From Trichosphaerium sp. ATCC 40318 (Eukaryota > Protista > Tubulinea), in the NCBI GenBank assembly GCA_038496445.1, contig JALMLS010000455.1, positions 124,001-188,000 of the forward strand: DNA of 64,000 bases, read 5' to 3'. Positions 12,968-28,703 of the stretch are shown one piece after another. The position numbers and the translations under genes were made by a program. Under the pieces are notes generated by a model, which was not told where the DNA came from, did no database searches, and worked only from the letters and a program-made list of their open reading frames with translations. Each line of letters opens with the position of its first letter. Position 1 is the first letter of the stretch.

Positions 12968-13881
12968 TCCAACTTGGATATTTCAACGTTTACTTGGCTG
13001 TACTTTCGCTTGTACAACAGAAATGAAACGTCAAATATCATTATTGCCCACGCTTTAATACAGAATTAAGACCTTTCTAAAAGATGAAACGCTGCAGACA
13101 CGGAAAAGAAGCATGATTTGTCTTACAGTGCTGTAAGAAAGTAGACAATCCATTGTTTGGTGAAATTGGTTTAACACCCAATGATCCAAGTATAACTAAC
13201 TCAATAGCAAACAGTTGTACTATAAGCAGTATAGGCGTACAATTTCACTTTCAATTGGTGGGATATTACATTGATATTCTCGAGCTATTACTAAAATAAC
13301 GCTTCACTTACCAACCGGCATGTTAAGGCTAAAAAGAAAGGTTTGATTAAACTGGCAACAAATAACCACGTTTGAATTTTGCTTCAATGGATTGATTTAA
13401 TTCAGCGGATTTTATTTGCCGAATGGCATGGTTTAGTAGGTTTCACTTGAACAAATTCACAAGACCAGAGTTTAAGTGAATATTTAAATAAGCAAAAGAC
13501 CGGATTTGATCGGAAACAAACGAGACTGTTTTGCCTTCTATTAAATAGTACGTCGCCAAGGTAAATCAGAAACAAGCAAAAAAAGCCAAACGGTACTTCT
13601 CCTCTCAAGAAAAGCGAGAATTTAACTGAAATAACAACGACGGCGTTAAGGGGCAAAAGAAGAAAGTCGACAACACTCCCAGGAGCTCCAAGGCAGACTA
13701 ATATCAAGCCAGAAACATTGTTGAAGACCTTTGAATATACAGTGAATACGCATGAACGGACGCCCAAATTTTTATTGAACACGTGTTGACGCAACTGTTC
13801 GCATGAAATTCACATCCGAGACCAACAAAACCATTTTTCATAAACCTCAAACAACAAACAAAGCAACAACACCTTTCCTTT

Positions 13882-15942
13882 ATGCGTTTGGTAATCTTAG
13901 CAACGTTCTTTATACTCTCTCTTTATGCACAAAGTGCTTACTCGCAAGGAGTATCAGCAAAAACCTATGGATGCACATTGGTAAGGCTTTAGGTTTGTAT
14001 GATTGGATTAATTCTTGAGTAGGATGAAGCATTACAAAATGTAAGAGAGATGGCTGTATCGAAATGTCAAAGTGTTTGTGACTCAGAACTTGCCACTTCA
14101 TGCTCTAATATCATTGTTGGTACCCTTGGTACATGCAGTCTAAGCCGTTTGTATTTGAATCAAATCGCCTCCGGAGATACAAAAATTGATGGCAGGGAAG
14201 TTTGTTTTGATGCGAACAATGTACCTACAGTACCGTATCCTGTTCGGAGTATATGCGACTGCGAGTGTAGTTGTGACACCTTGGGTCTCGAGAAACTATC
14301 GAGTATTCTAGACAACATTGTACCAAAAGATAACAAGCCAATCAAAATAACAGATGACTTGATGGTATGCTCCCTTTTTCTTTGTAAGTGTTGACCTAAT
14401 TTTTCGTGTAGGCTACTCCTATTGGTATGGGAAAACTAGTTGATACGCGCGTTGAAATGCCTACAGGAAAGGCTGACGCTTTTGATAGTACAACGACAGA
14501 TGGTAGTACAGAAACAGGTATAGTTTTGGTTTTCTTGCTTTTTTTACATCTTCTTACAATCCCTTTAGAAAAGACAGACTTACAACGTAAAACAAGATTG
14601 CTTGCTTTCAATTCTGGTACTTATCGATTTCTATTATTTTTGTTCTATCCTATTAAGCCTAACAACATATTAGGGACTAAAGTTGAGTGGGAGATTGAAG
14701 TTGGATCGAACTTGTTCGAAGAAATTAATCGTTTGAGAGATGGATTAACTGGCGCTGTGGTATGTAACCTCAGTGCTTTTTGTTTGGTGGGTAGCTAACT
14801 TTATATAGAAATCACGTGGAGTACCTTCATATGAAAATTCCGCACCAACAAAACGAGGTTGGAGTAACGCAGATGATTCTAGAATCCTAAGAGAACCAAC
14901 AACACTATGGCCTTGGAGGTAACAATCACGTTTTTATTTGACATGCAGCAAGAACTTACTTTTGGATTTAGATCAATATCCGACTTTGGAAGATGTACTG
15001 GTACTCTCATCGGACCAAGACACGTTCTCACAGCAGGTATTCTGTTTAAACAACAACAAATCTATTGATTTAACTTTCTATGGTAGCACATTGCATTAAT
15101 GCTCAAGGAACAAACAACTGGTTTACTGTTACTGTCATTCCTGGTAGAAATGAGAACTCGGCTACAAACCGACCTTATGGACAATCAACAATTACTTTAA
15201 ACTTTGAACCTGGCGATCCTTTCAGATGGTATTTTACGCCTGTAGAATGGAGGTACCTCACAACAATACAACTTTTAAGCCTTGATACTGACATTGCTTA
15301 GAAATCCAGCTATTTCCGGTTATACTGCTACACAATACGACTGGGGTATACTCGTCCTACCAGATAGAATTGGAGAGCTCACAGGATGGATGGGTACATC
15401 TTTTAACATCATTGTTTGTTGCTGACTATTGTTGTTAAAGGATATGTTGCAAAACCTGCTTCATCTTTAGGAAGTTTGTATCATTACAACAGAGGATATC
15501 CTGTATGTGATGCAAACAATTCACCTTCGCCATCATGTGTTGATGGAGCTTTGTATGGAGATACAAAAGAATGTGAACTAAGCCAATACAACTTCATAGC
15601 AAATGGATGGAACAGGGTAAGTTAACAAATCAATTCAAGCCAACGAAATGCCTTGTGTACTTATATTTACTTTCCAGGTTGTAAGAACAAATTGTGACAT
15701 GAACGGTGGACACAGTGGATCTGCTTTATATCACTATCATGGACCTGACTCCGTTCCAGTAGTAGCAGCTGTCGCTGTATGGCAACATTGTACAATATGT
15801 AATCCAGGTGAGTTGGAAACCATTTAAGCCTCTATCAAGTTTAACTCTTCCCTCCTTAGGCGATAATTTTGTGAATACAGCAAAACGGTTGACGCCTTCA
15901 GATATTAGTACAATAAGTTTCTTCAGAGAATGGAAACCGTAA
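13882..15942 (+). CDS. Secreted trypsin-like serine protease (V8/glutamyl-endopeptidase/PRSS23-like) with Cys-rich N-terminal region
   Basis: Signal MRLVILATFFILSLYAQS; CTGTLIGPRHVLTAAHC (His), YDWGILVLPDRIG..TGWMG (Asp), CDMNGGHSGSALY (Ser). Confidence 0.88.
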
Positions 15943-16521
15943 CTAAAATACAAGAAAATAAACAGCATACTTCTTTTTTTATTATTTGACATTGGTTTAT
16001 TCCTGGGGAGATAAATGTCTTCAGACTTTCTTCGACAGTGACAAGAAATGAGACTTCGCATGTGTATTTCACTGAGTGTGATTCCTTAATGTCAACCTCA
16101 ATCTTCGGAGCACATTGCGTTTCACTCTGGTTGTGCCAAGAACAAAAACTACCTGTAGGAGTTGACCCGGATTACTGATAAAGAACAATAGCAAATCCCT
16201 ATTGTTAGTTCGTCATTGCTCATAACCTAAACCTTTTTCATCCCTCGTAGTGCGCATTGCTTGTACCAATAATTAACAAAAACATTTCTTGCCCTTTAAG
16301 ACAAACTACACAGTAGCGAACAATAACGAGCTAAAAAATGTCCAACAAAAAAAATAAACTAATGAGCACGGTGGTTCTTGCTTCTTACATGCCAAGCAAA
16401 CGTTGTTTTTTAACACCGTAGAGTAACTTGATTTGCAGTACAACTCGCTCAGTGAAAGAAAAACAATGCCTCATGAAATAAAGTTTCTTGTTTCTTATTA
16501 ACTGTTTTACATACTAACTTC

Positions 16522-18632
16522 TTAGAAAACTGATGCACCTCCCGAACGGCCTAAACCGCCGCCAGAGTTATGACCCCTAGAATATGACCCTGACATACCA
16601 TATCTTCGGGACGTTGGTTCGTCATGACCTTGGCCAGAACCTAAACTGGCATGTGCTTGATCGTGTTGGTTTGAACTGCTATGCTGTCCACTACCTTGCT
16701 GCCCACTGTTTGCTTGTCTAAGTTTGGTTTTTGGTACAACTTTAGTTTCCTTTTGTTGCCCACCACCTTGTTGTCCACTGTTTGCTTGTCTAAGTTTGGT
16801 TTTTGGTACAACTTTAGTTTCCTTTTTTTGTCCTCCACCTTGTTGTCCACCATTCGCTTGTCTGAGCTTTGTTTTTGGTACTATTTTAGTTTCCTTTTGT
16901 TGTCCTCCACCTTGTTGTCCTCCGTTTGCTGGTCTCATCCTTGTTTTAGGTACTACTTTGCGAGCCTCAGGCTCTGAATTTCGTTCAACTCTGTTTTTTG
17001 GTGAGACTAAAGAAGGGTCTAATAAGCCATCATCACGTTTCTCTATACTATCGTTTATCACTATGTCTTCAATATCTTCTTCACCTTCTTCGATACTAAT
17101 CACGTGTCAGACTCCAACAATGAGCTGTTTGTTTAACAAAAGGGAGGAACGTACTCTTCTAGTTTAGTGTAAGACACATCTGCTTTTTTGGTGGACCTTC
17201 GCTTGTACCAGCAGATGCCAAAAATAATACCTCCACAGCAACCCTTACAAAGTTAGTTATTCAAATCAATCAATCAAATATAACATTTCTAAGAATGTGG
17301 AGCTTACAGCTATGCAAAGAAGTGATATGAAAAGAAACAGTAACTGCTCTCTCATATTAACTTTACCAGTACGACAGCCATCGAATTTCTTGTCAAAAGA
17401 CACCTAAAAAAAAGTTTTCTTAGAAATTGAATCATACAATAGAAATTATTTATCCTCTCCACAAGTCAACGTTTCACCACTCAAAATTCTTTAAACAAAG
17501 CGCTCTTGATTAAGCCATATTGAAGCATGTTTTTTTAGAAAAGAAGTGGAAATAGATGAAGGACTTTGAGTTGTACTATTGTCAACAGATTTCTTCAAAA
17601 AATTAGTTATGACTTACTGTTTCCCGCCAAATGCTCCCACTTGAAAGATAGCTTCTTGAACCTGTCCAAATTATTTTATCTTTGTCATCTCCACCTATTG
17701 TAGGTCCAGGAGATGGAGTACCTAAAAAATACGCTTAGTACACCTTGCCAGGTACACAATAAGTTTGTTTGGATACCTATTGGTCCAGGCATTTCCAAGC
17801 GAAAAGACAGGCTCTCGAAATGGCTTATACCATCCCATTCATCATCAACCATAATGTAGTCAAAGACATTACGATTGTCATCATCCAAGATGAGATCTGC
17901 CTGTTTTATGGGTAAGAACAACAAAACAAAAACTTTATGGTGTTCTTCTTTCAAATCCCTGCTTTTTTTCGTTCGTCATAAAGTTGGAGAATTTTGCTAA
18001 GAAAAAAGACTATTTTCGGAGGCCTTCCGGGAAATCAAAGGCAATAGTTTGAAATGAATAGAACTGTATATTTATGATGTTTACCGTTTACACTTACTTT
18101 GTACTTGATAGTAACATTTGCAACTAATTCATCGGCTGGTAATGTAAATGTAACGCCAAGGTAATGTTTACCATCAGAGTCATAATTTCTTGTCTTTTTA
18201 CATTTCGTTACTGGAAAGGAACCTATTACAATACATTAAAAACAAAGTTCCCACAACCTCAATAATGACAATTGTTTTCTTGTCAAATTTGAAATACCAC
18301 GCACAAGAAACTTGGACTTCAGAAATAGTACTCGGATATCCCCTCTCAGTCTTCGCTAATGCTATTTTTCTTGTAATCCCGTGATAACCGCCTCTTAGGT
18401 ACGCCAATGACAAGCTCTCAGTGACGTAAACCTGCATAAAAACAATTTTAAACAGTGGTTGTGTAATCACGTGATTTATGGATCTGTTTATCTCCAAACA
18501 TAAAAGAAAACAAAACTGCTGACGTACGTCACATTGTGGAGTATATACTATGTTAAAATCATATTTTGATACAACAATGGCACTAGTAGAAGAAAACACT
18601 ATGAGGAGAAGTACCAAAGCGTGGTTAAGCAT
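16522..18632 (-). CDS. Type I membrane protein, DUF2207-like ectodomain, repetitive cytoplasmic tail
   Basis: Signal MLNHALVLLLIVFSSTSA; beta-rich ectodomain; TM LLFLFISLLCIAGCCGGIIFGICW followed by YKRRSTKK and YTKL; tail has 24-aa repeats and ends GGGLGRSGGASVF. DUF2207 resemblance is by eye. Confidence 0.65.
16690..16960 (-). repeat. 72-bp coding tandem repeat, about 4 copies (TKVVPKTKLRQANSGQQGGGQQKE)
   Basis: ttggtacaac recurs at 16731 and 16803 (72-bp period); visible in ORF 16522-17103. Confidence 0.9.
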
Positions 18633-18938
18633 GTTTGACTTCAGAACTTCTGCTATGCGCGTGGCAAAAAAGTGCGAATTTTCATGTTAACATAATTGGT
18701 TCACGTCGAGTACAATATCAAGACCGTTACTAGCAAACTACGTCAAACGCATCTCCACATCGTTTTTTGGCAGCAGAACATCATTTTATGGCGCAAAACA
18801 AGCTAGTTGTGTTACACAAGGTTGTTTTGGAGAATGTATACTGCTTACTACACGACATTTCTCCTTTACACTAACACATTGTGGCAACAATCCATTCCGA
18901 TTTTGTTCTGTAGCAACACGTGATTCGTATAATGACAC

Positions 18939-19475
18939 TTATGAATGTTTGGGAGGTAAAACACGCAAAAGAAAACGTGATTGTTTTTGTAAGATACTAT
19001 AGCGTCTTGGATTACTGAGTCGTATGCCACAGCAAATAATATCCTTATTACTGTTAATAAAGCCAATTACGACATCTAGAACGAACCTGACGCTCCAAAG
19101 GGATGCCTGTTACCTCTTGTATGCGATCCTACGTTGATTTAACGTCGATTTCAGTTTTATTGCTTTTGACGTTAACGTACTTTGTACCAGCCTATTTTTT
19201 CACAGCTGCCATAGGGTATTTCGCACACAGCATCGCCTGCAAAGGTTTGCACGAATATTACGTACTCATGTGCGTGACATAGCCTAGAATTCACTGTGCA
19301 GTCCTTTCTATTTGGACAAGGCCATCCAGGAACGTTTCCAGGAGGTTTTGATGGTGTATAATCTCCAAAGTTATCTTTTCCTGCCCAGCGCATATAGTCA
19401 GGCGTTGCAGTATCACCCTCTTCACTATGAGAGGTATAAATTACAATTTAAAGAACTTAACAGTTCATACGCCAT
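18939..19475 (-). CDS. Small ubiquitin-like domain protein without C-terminal di-Gly
   Basis: Spliced product MAEEGDT...IFVQTFAGDAVCEIPYGSCEKIGWYK/DRIQEVTGIPLERQ/DIICCGIRLSNPRRYSILQKQSRFLLRVLPPKHS aligns by eye with ubiquitin (IFVKTLTG...KIQDKEGIPPDQQRLIF...IQKESTLHL). Confidence 0.7.
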
Positions 19476-19602
19476 TGCTTTACTCGGAAGCTATGCCTTT
19501 TTTTTTTTTTTTTCATCAACGCACTTAAGTCAAGTGAAATATTTCTATGTACTTTTTTTGTTTATTTATTTTTCTTCAAAGTCTTTTTAAGAAATGTCTT
19601 CT

Positions 19603-21273
19603 TTACATATTTGTCATGTGCTTAATGGCTTGTTCTGTTGCCATCTTCTTTGCAGCACCCTTTAGTTTTGCTCTTGCATCTAAGAAACCAATGAGTAAAA
19701 AAGTCAAAACAAGGAGAGCGTGGAGAGCATAAATCAACAGTTTTGACAAAAATGTAATACCTCTTGCACATTTGATGTAACCTACAAGGTTTGCACCTGT
19801 TAGAGCTACGGCCATTATACACAATACTGTCCATTCGATTTTAATACCAATAGCAGCTACAATACCGAAAACAACCCAAACCTGTGATAGAAAGTAAGTA
19901 AAAAATGTGTACATTTTAATGTGAAGATTTAAGCATATTGTAGACTTGCACGCTAATCACAAGTGTTATTTGGCGTGCAATTAAGATATTTGGTTACAGT
20001 ATACATAAAGATCATTTCAGGTATCATCGGGAAAGATAATGCAAATAAACAGAATGAGAATGAAAACAAAGCTGTTTTTTAAGAGTTTTTCTACACTTTG
20101 CATAAGGAATTATTTTACTTACCACTGGTGCTACAAGCAAAGCTAACCAGAATACTTTAGATTCATGAGGATTAATATTAGCCTTTGTCTACAAAAAAAT
20201 TATGAGCAACCCTTCGCAAATTTACGCGGTTTAAATCTCCGGTATCCGAAAAAACAAAGAAAAAAAAACCAAAGTAGTTTTGTCTTCTTTCAACGAAAAA
20301 AAATAGTTTTAACGCCAAAAACCAAAACTAATAATCAGTTTTGACACTTTGACAGTACTACTTATAATATACTTTAATTATAAATTATTTTAAGGTTTTA
20401 GGGAGAGTTGCGTAATGATAGGTTAAGAACTCTTTAGCAAAAAAAAAAAAAAAAATCTATCTTGAGGCTGATAACGCACCTCAAGTGACTCAAAGATCCA
20501 AACTGAAGAGCCATCAGGTTTAATCTCGTTCCACCTTCAATAAGAAGTTAGTTTCATTATTATTCATACATAACACTCGCTCAGAATGTCATTCAAGAAG
20601 ATTGCTTTTAAAAACACCTTCGGACGCAAAATCAAGTGTCAAGTGCTTATAAAATGGTAGAAATAAGGATAACGTTACGTTTAAACACGAAGCTCGTTTC
20701 CTGTGGACTAACAAAGTGCACAAATAAAGAAGATTCGCGGTTAAATTACCCAATAGCTTTAATAGTATCGAAATACGCCGTACCATCTTAAACCAGCCAT
20801 TAAACGACCGCTAATGTTTTTAGTGACCCAGAAATCAGCAGCAATAAATATTACTGTAGTGATGAATACAATTACGAAACCTACAAGCGATTTAGCTCGA
20901 GAAATAGATATTTACAAGTAATTGTTTACTTATGCGTAGAACCCATTGTGCGAATACGTATGTTAATATTGAAGCCACTTTGAACGCAATGTGGAAGAAT
21001 GAGGTGAATACATGTTTAGGATAAGCTGGTTTCGCCAACTGCGTAATACGTGAGCGTAGAGCTTTAATTTAGTGTATACCTGAACGTTAGATGTTTGTGG
21101 GCTGCCTTGCACATCAAAAGCTGTTGGATCATAAAATGGCGTTTGGTTTGCGTCCGGTTGGTTGGTAGTGTCAGCCTGGACGGCGTTAGTATTCCTGAAT
21201 TTTGAAGTGTTTTGCTGTGACGACGCGCGACATAATACACATACGCAACAGTCTACAAAAATATGCTTACCAT
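19603..21273 (-). CDS. TVP23: Golgi membrane protein TVP23/FAM18/ECHIDNA (DUF846)
   Basis: Motifs FFHIAFK, ADFWVTKNISGRLMAGLRW/WNE, SVWIFES, ESKVFW, ALTGANLVGYIKC. Confidence 0.92.
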
Positions 21274-21561
21274 GTTAAAAAACGTGAGCGGTTGCTTGGG
21301 CTACGTTATTTCAAGTAAAATCTAAGCAACATTGACTTATCAAAAAAAAACTTGTTGGAAAAAAAACCATTCAATCAGTGCCTTGTTAGTCCAATGTCTA
21401 ATTTAACAAATCAAGTCGGCTATCTAAACACCCCCAACCATTGTACTTCAAAGAACAGGTGTGTTGTTTATTAATCCACATAGAGTGAAGTTGAGTTAAC
21501 ACCATACATAACGTTGATTAAATAGAAACGTATAGCAAGACATGAAATTGTGTTGTAGGTT

Positions 21562-24257
<2,696 letters not shown>

Positions 24258-24358
24258 TTTGCAAACGTGATGCTGTGAGTTATAAAAAGTACTCCGCGGT
24301 TCAAAAATAAATTCAAGAAAAGCCAACAGATTTTTGTTACAAGTCTGTATCTCCAAGT

Positions 24359-27300
24359 ATGCCTCGCAGTATTTTGGCTTTACTACTTATTTGGTCTGCA
24401 GCGACTTTAAGCTTGAAATACCAAACCTTTGGTACGGAGTTGTAGAGTTTTATTAAACAATTGATTTACGATGTAAGGAGCGGATGTATGTGAGTGGGAT
24501 TACAAAAACACAGATTGGGCAGTCGTTTGTCCAGGTATGCAAATTGTACCGTGTCATTATTGACGCCCGAAGGTTTAACCACTTGTGACGGCTCTTCGCA
24601 GTCTCCTATCGATATTCGTGGCGCTAAGTACAACAATAACCTTACTCCCTTACAACATTCGTTTATCGAGTTAAAAGACGCAGAGGCAGAATATAACGGC
24701 CATGCTATACAAGGTACGAGTTGTAGTCCGAAAAATAGTCATAACGTATCTTTCCTGAGAGCTCTACGCGATTACACTTCATATTAAACCAAATGTCGCG
24801 ACAAGATTTTTCGTGTGATTTACCGTTTACAACATTTAGTAAATCCAAGCGTTGATGCCGGTACTACGACTGGTGGTGATAGCACCACAGTATTTTACTT
24901 GCGACAGCTTCACTTCCACGCAAAATCGGAGCATCGCATTGAAGGTCGCCAAACAGCAATGGAGATGCACCTGGTAGGTTTTTTTTACAACACAAGTCAC
25001 TTTCAAATGTCACCTGTCCAGCAGTACACGCGGATTTTTCGGTTTTTTTCGTTCCTTATGATGTGACGTATCTTTTTTTTTTGTGCTGAACAAAACCCTA
25101 GTTTATTTACCGTATTACTACTATTCGTTATCATCATTGGTGTTATTAATCATAATGTTTTAGGTTCATTTTTCAAATGAAACAGTGGGTGTTGAAGAGC
25201 TTATGGTTACTACTGTTTTATTTGATATTTCCTCCGAAGAAAACACAGCTTTAAAGCCATTGTTTGATGCTTTGAGCATTATTAAGGAAAACAATAGAAC
25301 TACAATAGATATGGATTTAATGGCAGCTTTACCAACTGACGAAAGTACGCTGTTTGGCCACAAAAATATTACTGTTTTTTTTTTGTGTTACTTACCCCAT
25401 TTTTTTCGTTTCTCAAATATCACTATCGCGCGAAGTCTTTTTTTTAAATTTGTACTGTTAATAGTTTAACTAGGTTATTATAATTATCAAGGGTCACTTA
25501 CAACACCTCCATGTACTGAAGGACTCACGTGGTACGTGGCCAAACATCAAAGACAAAAAAAACCCGATTAAAGGCTTTTTCCTTTATTAAACCTTTTTGT
25601 TTTGTACTTGATTATTCACCTCTTTACCTAGGTATGTCTACAAGGCACGTAAAAAATTAATGGGTTAATATGGTTCGATTATACTTACACACGTGATAGC
25701 AAGTACAAAATATCTCCCAAAAGCAATTTGATGAGTTTTTCGCTTTCGTTTCTCCACGAGGAAACTTCAGGCCTGTACAGTCTATCAATGGAAGAGTTCC
25801 TGTAAACCTTTACACACCTGATGTTCCGGAACCTCATCAACTTACTGTCGTTGATGGTAGTTCACGAAGTACACAGTATTTACAAGGCACTCTTGTACGA
25901 TATTTTAACTTTTTTTTTTTGAATTTCCCATTTACTAATAACAACAAAGGTTGACGTATACGCAATTGTGAATGAAACCCTTCTTTTTGATAGATGGACA
26001 GGATCCGAAGAGGATATGAAGATTCTCACTAATACTACAGACTACCGTAAGTCGCCAACACAAAGTTATTTGAGTGTTGTTGCTAAACTTTTTTTTCTCC
26101 TTAGATGTTCAATTTGTTATGCCTGATCATGATGTCACGTTGACAGCTACATTTAGAGAACCTCTATTAGAGAGTTCTCTCTTCGAAAAGCAAATCATCG
26201 AAGAACGTGCTGTGTATTACTACCTACCTCCGAAGACTGTCTGTGTACTCTTTTGGTTCCATGATAACGATGAAAAAGCGTCTGGTACAAAATCTCTCAG
26301 TTCTTTTTTTTTATCTACTAGTAACACCTAACAAACTATGTAGATTATGACCCTGGTGTAACACGCTCACAATCCTACAAGTCATTTGTGCTATCTGTTA
26401 CTAATGATAATATTGGTATGGTTCTTCTAGACTCCGGTGACGGTATCTGGCAACCACATGATGAGGACTATGGTATGTACACTTTGGGTTTAAATTGTAT
26501 TTACACTTCATAGTTAATGGTGTCCTTAACTACCTTATGAACGAGCGTGTTCTTCGTAATCAAGATGTTCGCATAGCTGGTGGTTTTGGTGCTGGTGCTA
26601 ACTTTGCGTTTACGGTTGCTAATGAGGTATGTTTGTCATTTCAATCAAATACTAGGAATCAATAATGTTAACTATTTACGTTTAGTTTGATTTCGAAGCA
26701 ATGATTTCTGTTGCTGCTGATGCTAAAGGTATTGAGTTAGACCCACCACTACCTACAAAATTTGTCCTTCTCGAAAACGATCGTACAACATCTGCACAAG
26801 GTAAAGCCGACTGACCTATTAGTTTCCAGCTTTTTTTTAATACGTCGCTAGTCGCTTATGATCAAGTCTCTTTTTTGCGTGACCAAAAGGAATTTCAAAC
26901 TTCTTACAGCCCAGATGACGCGTCAGTGGCTGTAATCTTTCCATCACCAATGGTGGCCAGCCTCTTTCAACGTATTGGTATGTTTTCTTTTCGTTTTTTT
27001 TCGTAAACACGTGTACTATTTCCTTAACTTCAAGTTTAGGCGCTGATATGAACATGAGTGTTGAGATTGCTCAAGTTTTCGATGATGCTAAGTTATTAAA
27101 TGATGATGGGTACTTCTTGTTCAGTCCAGAAACTAACTTGAGTGCATGGGAGGATTGTACGTTTACTTGCTCTGCTTGGGAGTTTTTTTGATTGCAATAA
27201 GTCATGGTGTTAAGTCGCTAACTTTTTTCTAAAGCTGTCAAGCCTGACTTTGTTCCTGGTGCACGTTACATTGCGTCAACACTATGGACATCTCATAGAT

Positions 27301-27630
27301 TCAATGATGATATTACAGGACATGTAGTTTCATTTTGCTTGAAGCATCAAACTACAAACACTGCAGTTGCTTGGGTACGCTCCAAGAGGAAAAAAAAAAA
27401 AGCATCACTCATCTTTTTTGTTCTTTATCGTCGTCTGAAGGAATCTAACTCTTTCTTTAAGTATTGGTGGGCTCTTGTAAGTATACTTGCACTTGCTTTT
27501 GTTATTTGCACTATTATTTACGTTGTAGTGAGGTACGTTACTCATAAAGAGACTGTTTAATATCATTGTTTACTAACTGTTTTATTTCATCTTTAGATAC
27601 ACCACAAAACAAGACTATGATTCTTTCTAA
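24359..27630 (+). CDS. Membrane-anchored alpha-carbonic anhydrase fused to an InlB-B/bacterial-repeat-like module and an alpha/beta-hydrolase-like domain
   Basis: Signal peptide; QSPIDI, NGH, QLHFH..SEH...MEMHLVH, YQGSLTTPPCTE, GNFRPVQ; then LTVVDG...FDRWTG...FVMPDHDVTLTATF; VLFWFH, IAGGFGAGANFA; TM YWWALVSILALAFVICTIIYVVV; tail ends YDSF. Confidence 0.85.
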
Positions 27631-28703
27631 AAAGGTTAAACCCCTTCTTTAAAAACTAAAATCAAAAAAAACTGAATCTGTTTACCCCAATCTCCTTTTA
27701 TCCCTCTTTTTGTTAATTGCTGTATTATGCGAATAAACAACTAAGATAATGAACTTGCTCTACCTTGTTTTCAAATACAGACACTGTCATAAGTGTCTTC
27801 AACGAGTAAAAGATTTGTACGTTGCAATCGTAGTTAGAACGATAAATGGTTAGAAGTATAATGTTCAGTTTGTTTTTGTGTTTTTTTCCATGAAGATTTG
27901 TCTTGTCCTACCTTTCTTCTTGTAGACGGTAGTATTACAAAAAACAAAGTCAGAATGAATACATTTTGTCGCTCTGCTGCAGCCCCAAGCACTGGTTCTG
28001 TACACAGAGTGTTGGCTACTGGTTCCTAGGTGATAACCACCCTCCGTTTGGAAAGAGAAGCACGTGAAGAATAGCAGAGTGAAAAACAATCCAGAACTGC
28101 AAATGAGTTTTTAGGTTGTACCATTTTTCCAATATTCTGAATTACTTTTATTTCAACAAACAAGTTTAACCATTACCTTTTACCGTCAAAAACCAATACA
28201 GTGTTGCTTTCAAGATACCCGTAAAACTGTCCAACCGGTACACAATGGTTTGATGAAAACACATGAACTTACCAAAAACATTGAAATTACATGTTTTTTT
28301 TTGTTTTTTTTTTGCGAGTTTCCTTATTTCCGTGACACCTTATAATATTCATGTAACATGAGATAAATATCGGGGATTAAGTTCAAATGTCAATTGAGGA
28401 TATTTGCGTTCCACTTTCAAATTTTACCTGTTGATTCACGCTAGGAAACAGAAATCCATTGTTTGTTTCGACATAAAGTTCATGTGTCAATGGGGTTCCT
28501 AATGGGAACTTCATGAGATTCCTAAAAGGAACTAGATAGTGTCAACAAGCACCAATCACTAAAAGTAGCGTCTATGCAACCATATGAACACTAAAAAGTG
28601 TGATTTCATATAAGTTCATGAGGTGTTTTCTTTTCTCCGCTGAACTTAAAACGACGAAAAGAAACAGAACTTAGAAAATCAAAAAAGCACTTTCCACTCA
28701 TAA

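Noticed and set aside
13402-13794. 130-aa minus-strand ORF and overlapping plus-strand open stretch
   Set aside because: No motif support and no convincing start or splice structure.
16724-17167. Plus-strand ORF with CCPPPCC repeats resembling keratin-associated or metallothionein proteins
   Set aside because: Antisense shadow of the Gln/Gly repeat in the minus-strand membrane protein.
17100-17400. Separate secreted gene with 2-4-nt micro-exons
   Set aside because: Re-reading gives a continuous frame (TM-YKRRSTKKADVSYTKLED) joining 18632 to 16522 with ordinary introns.
28495-28532. CRISPR-like palindromic repeats
   Set aside because: Only two short imperfect copies with no spacer-length gap, no cas genes, and a eukaryotic context.
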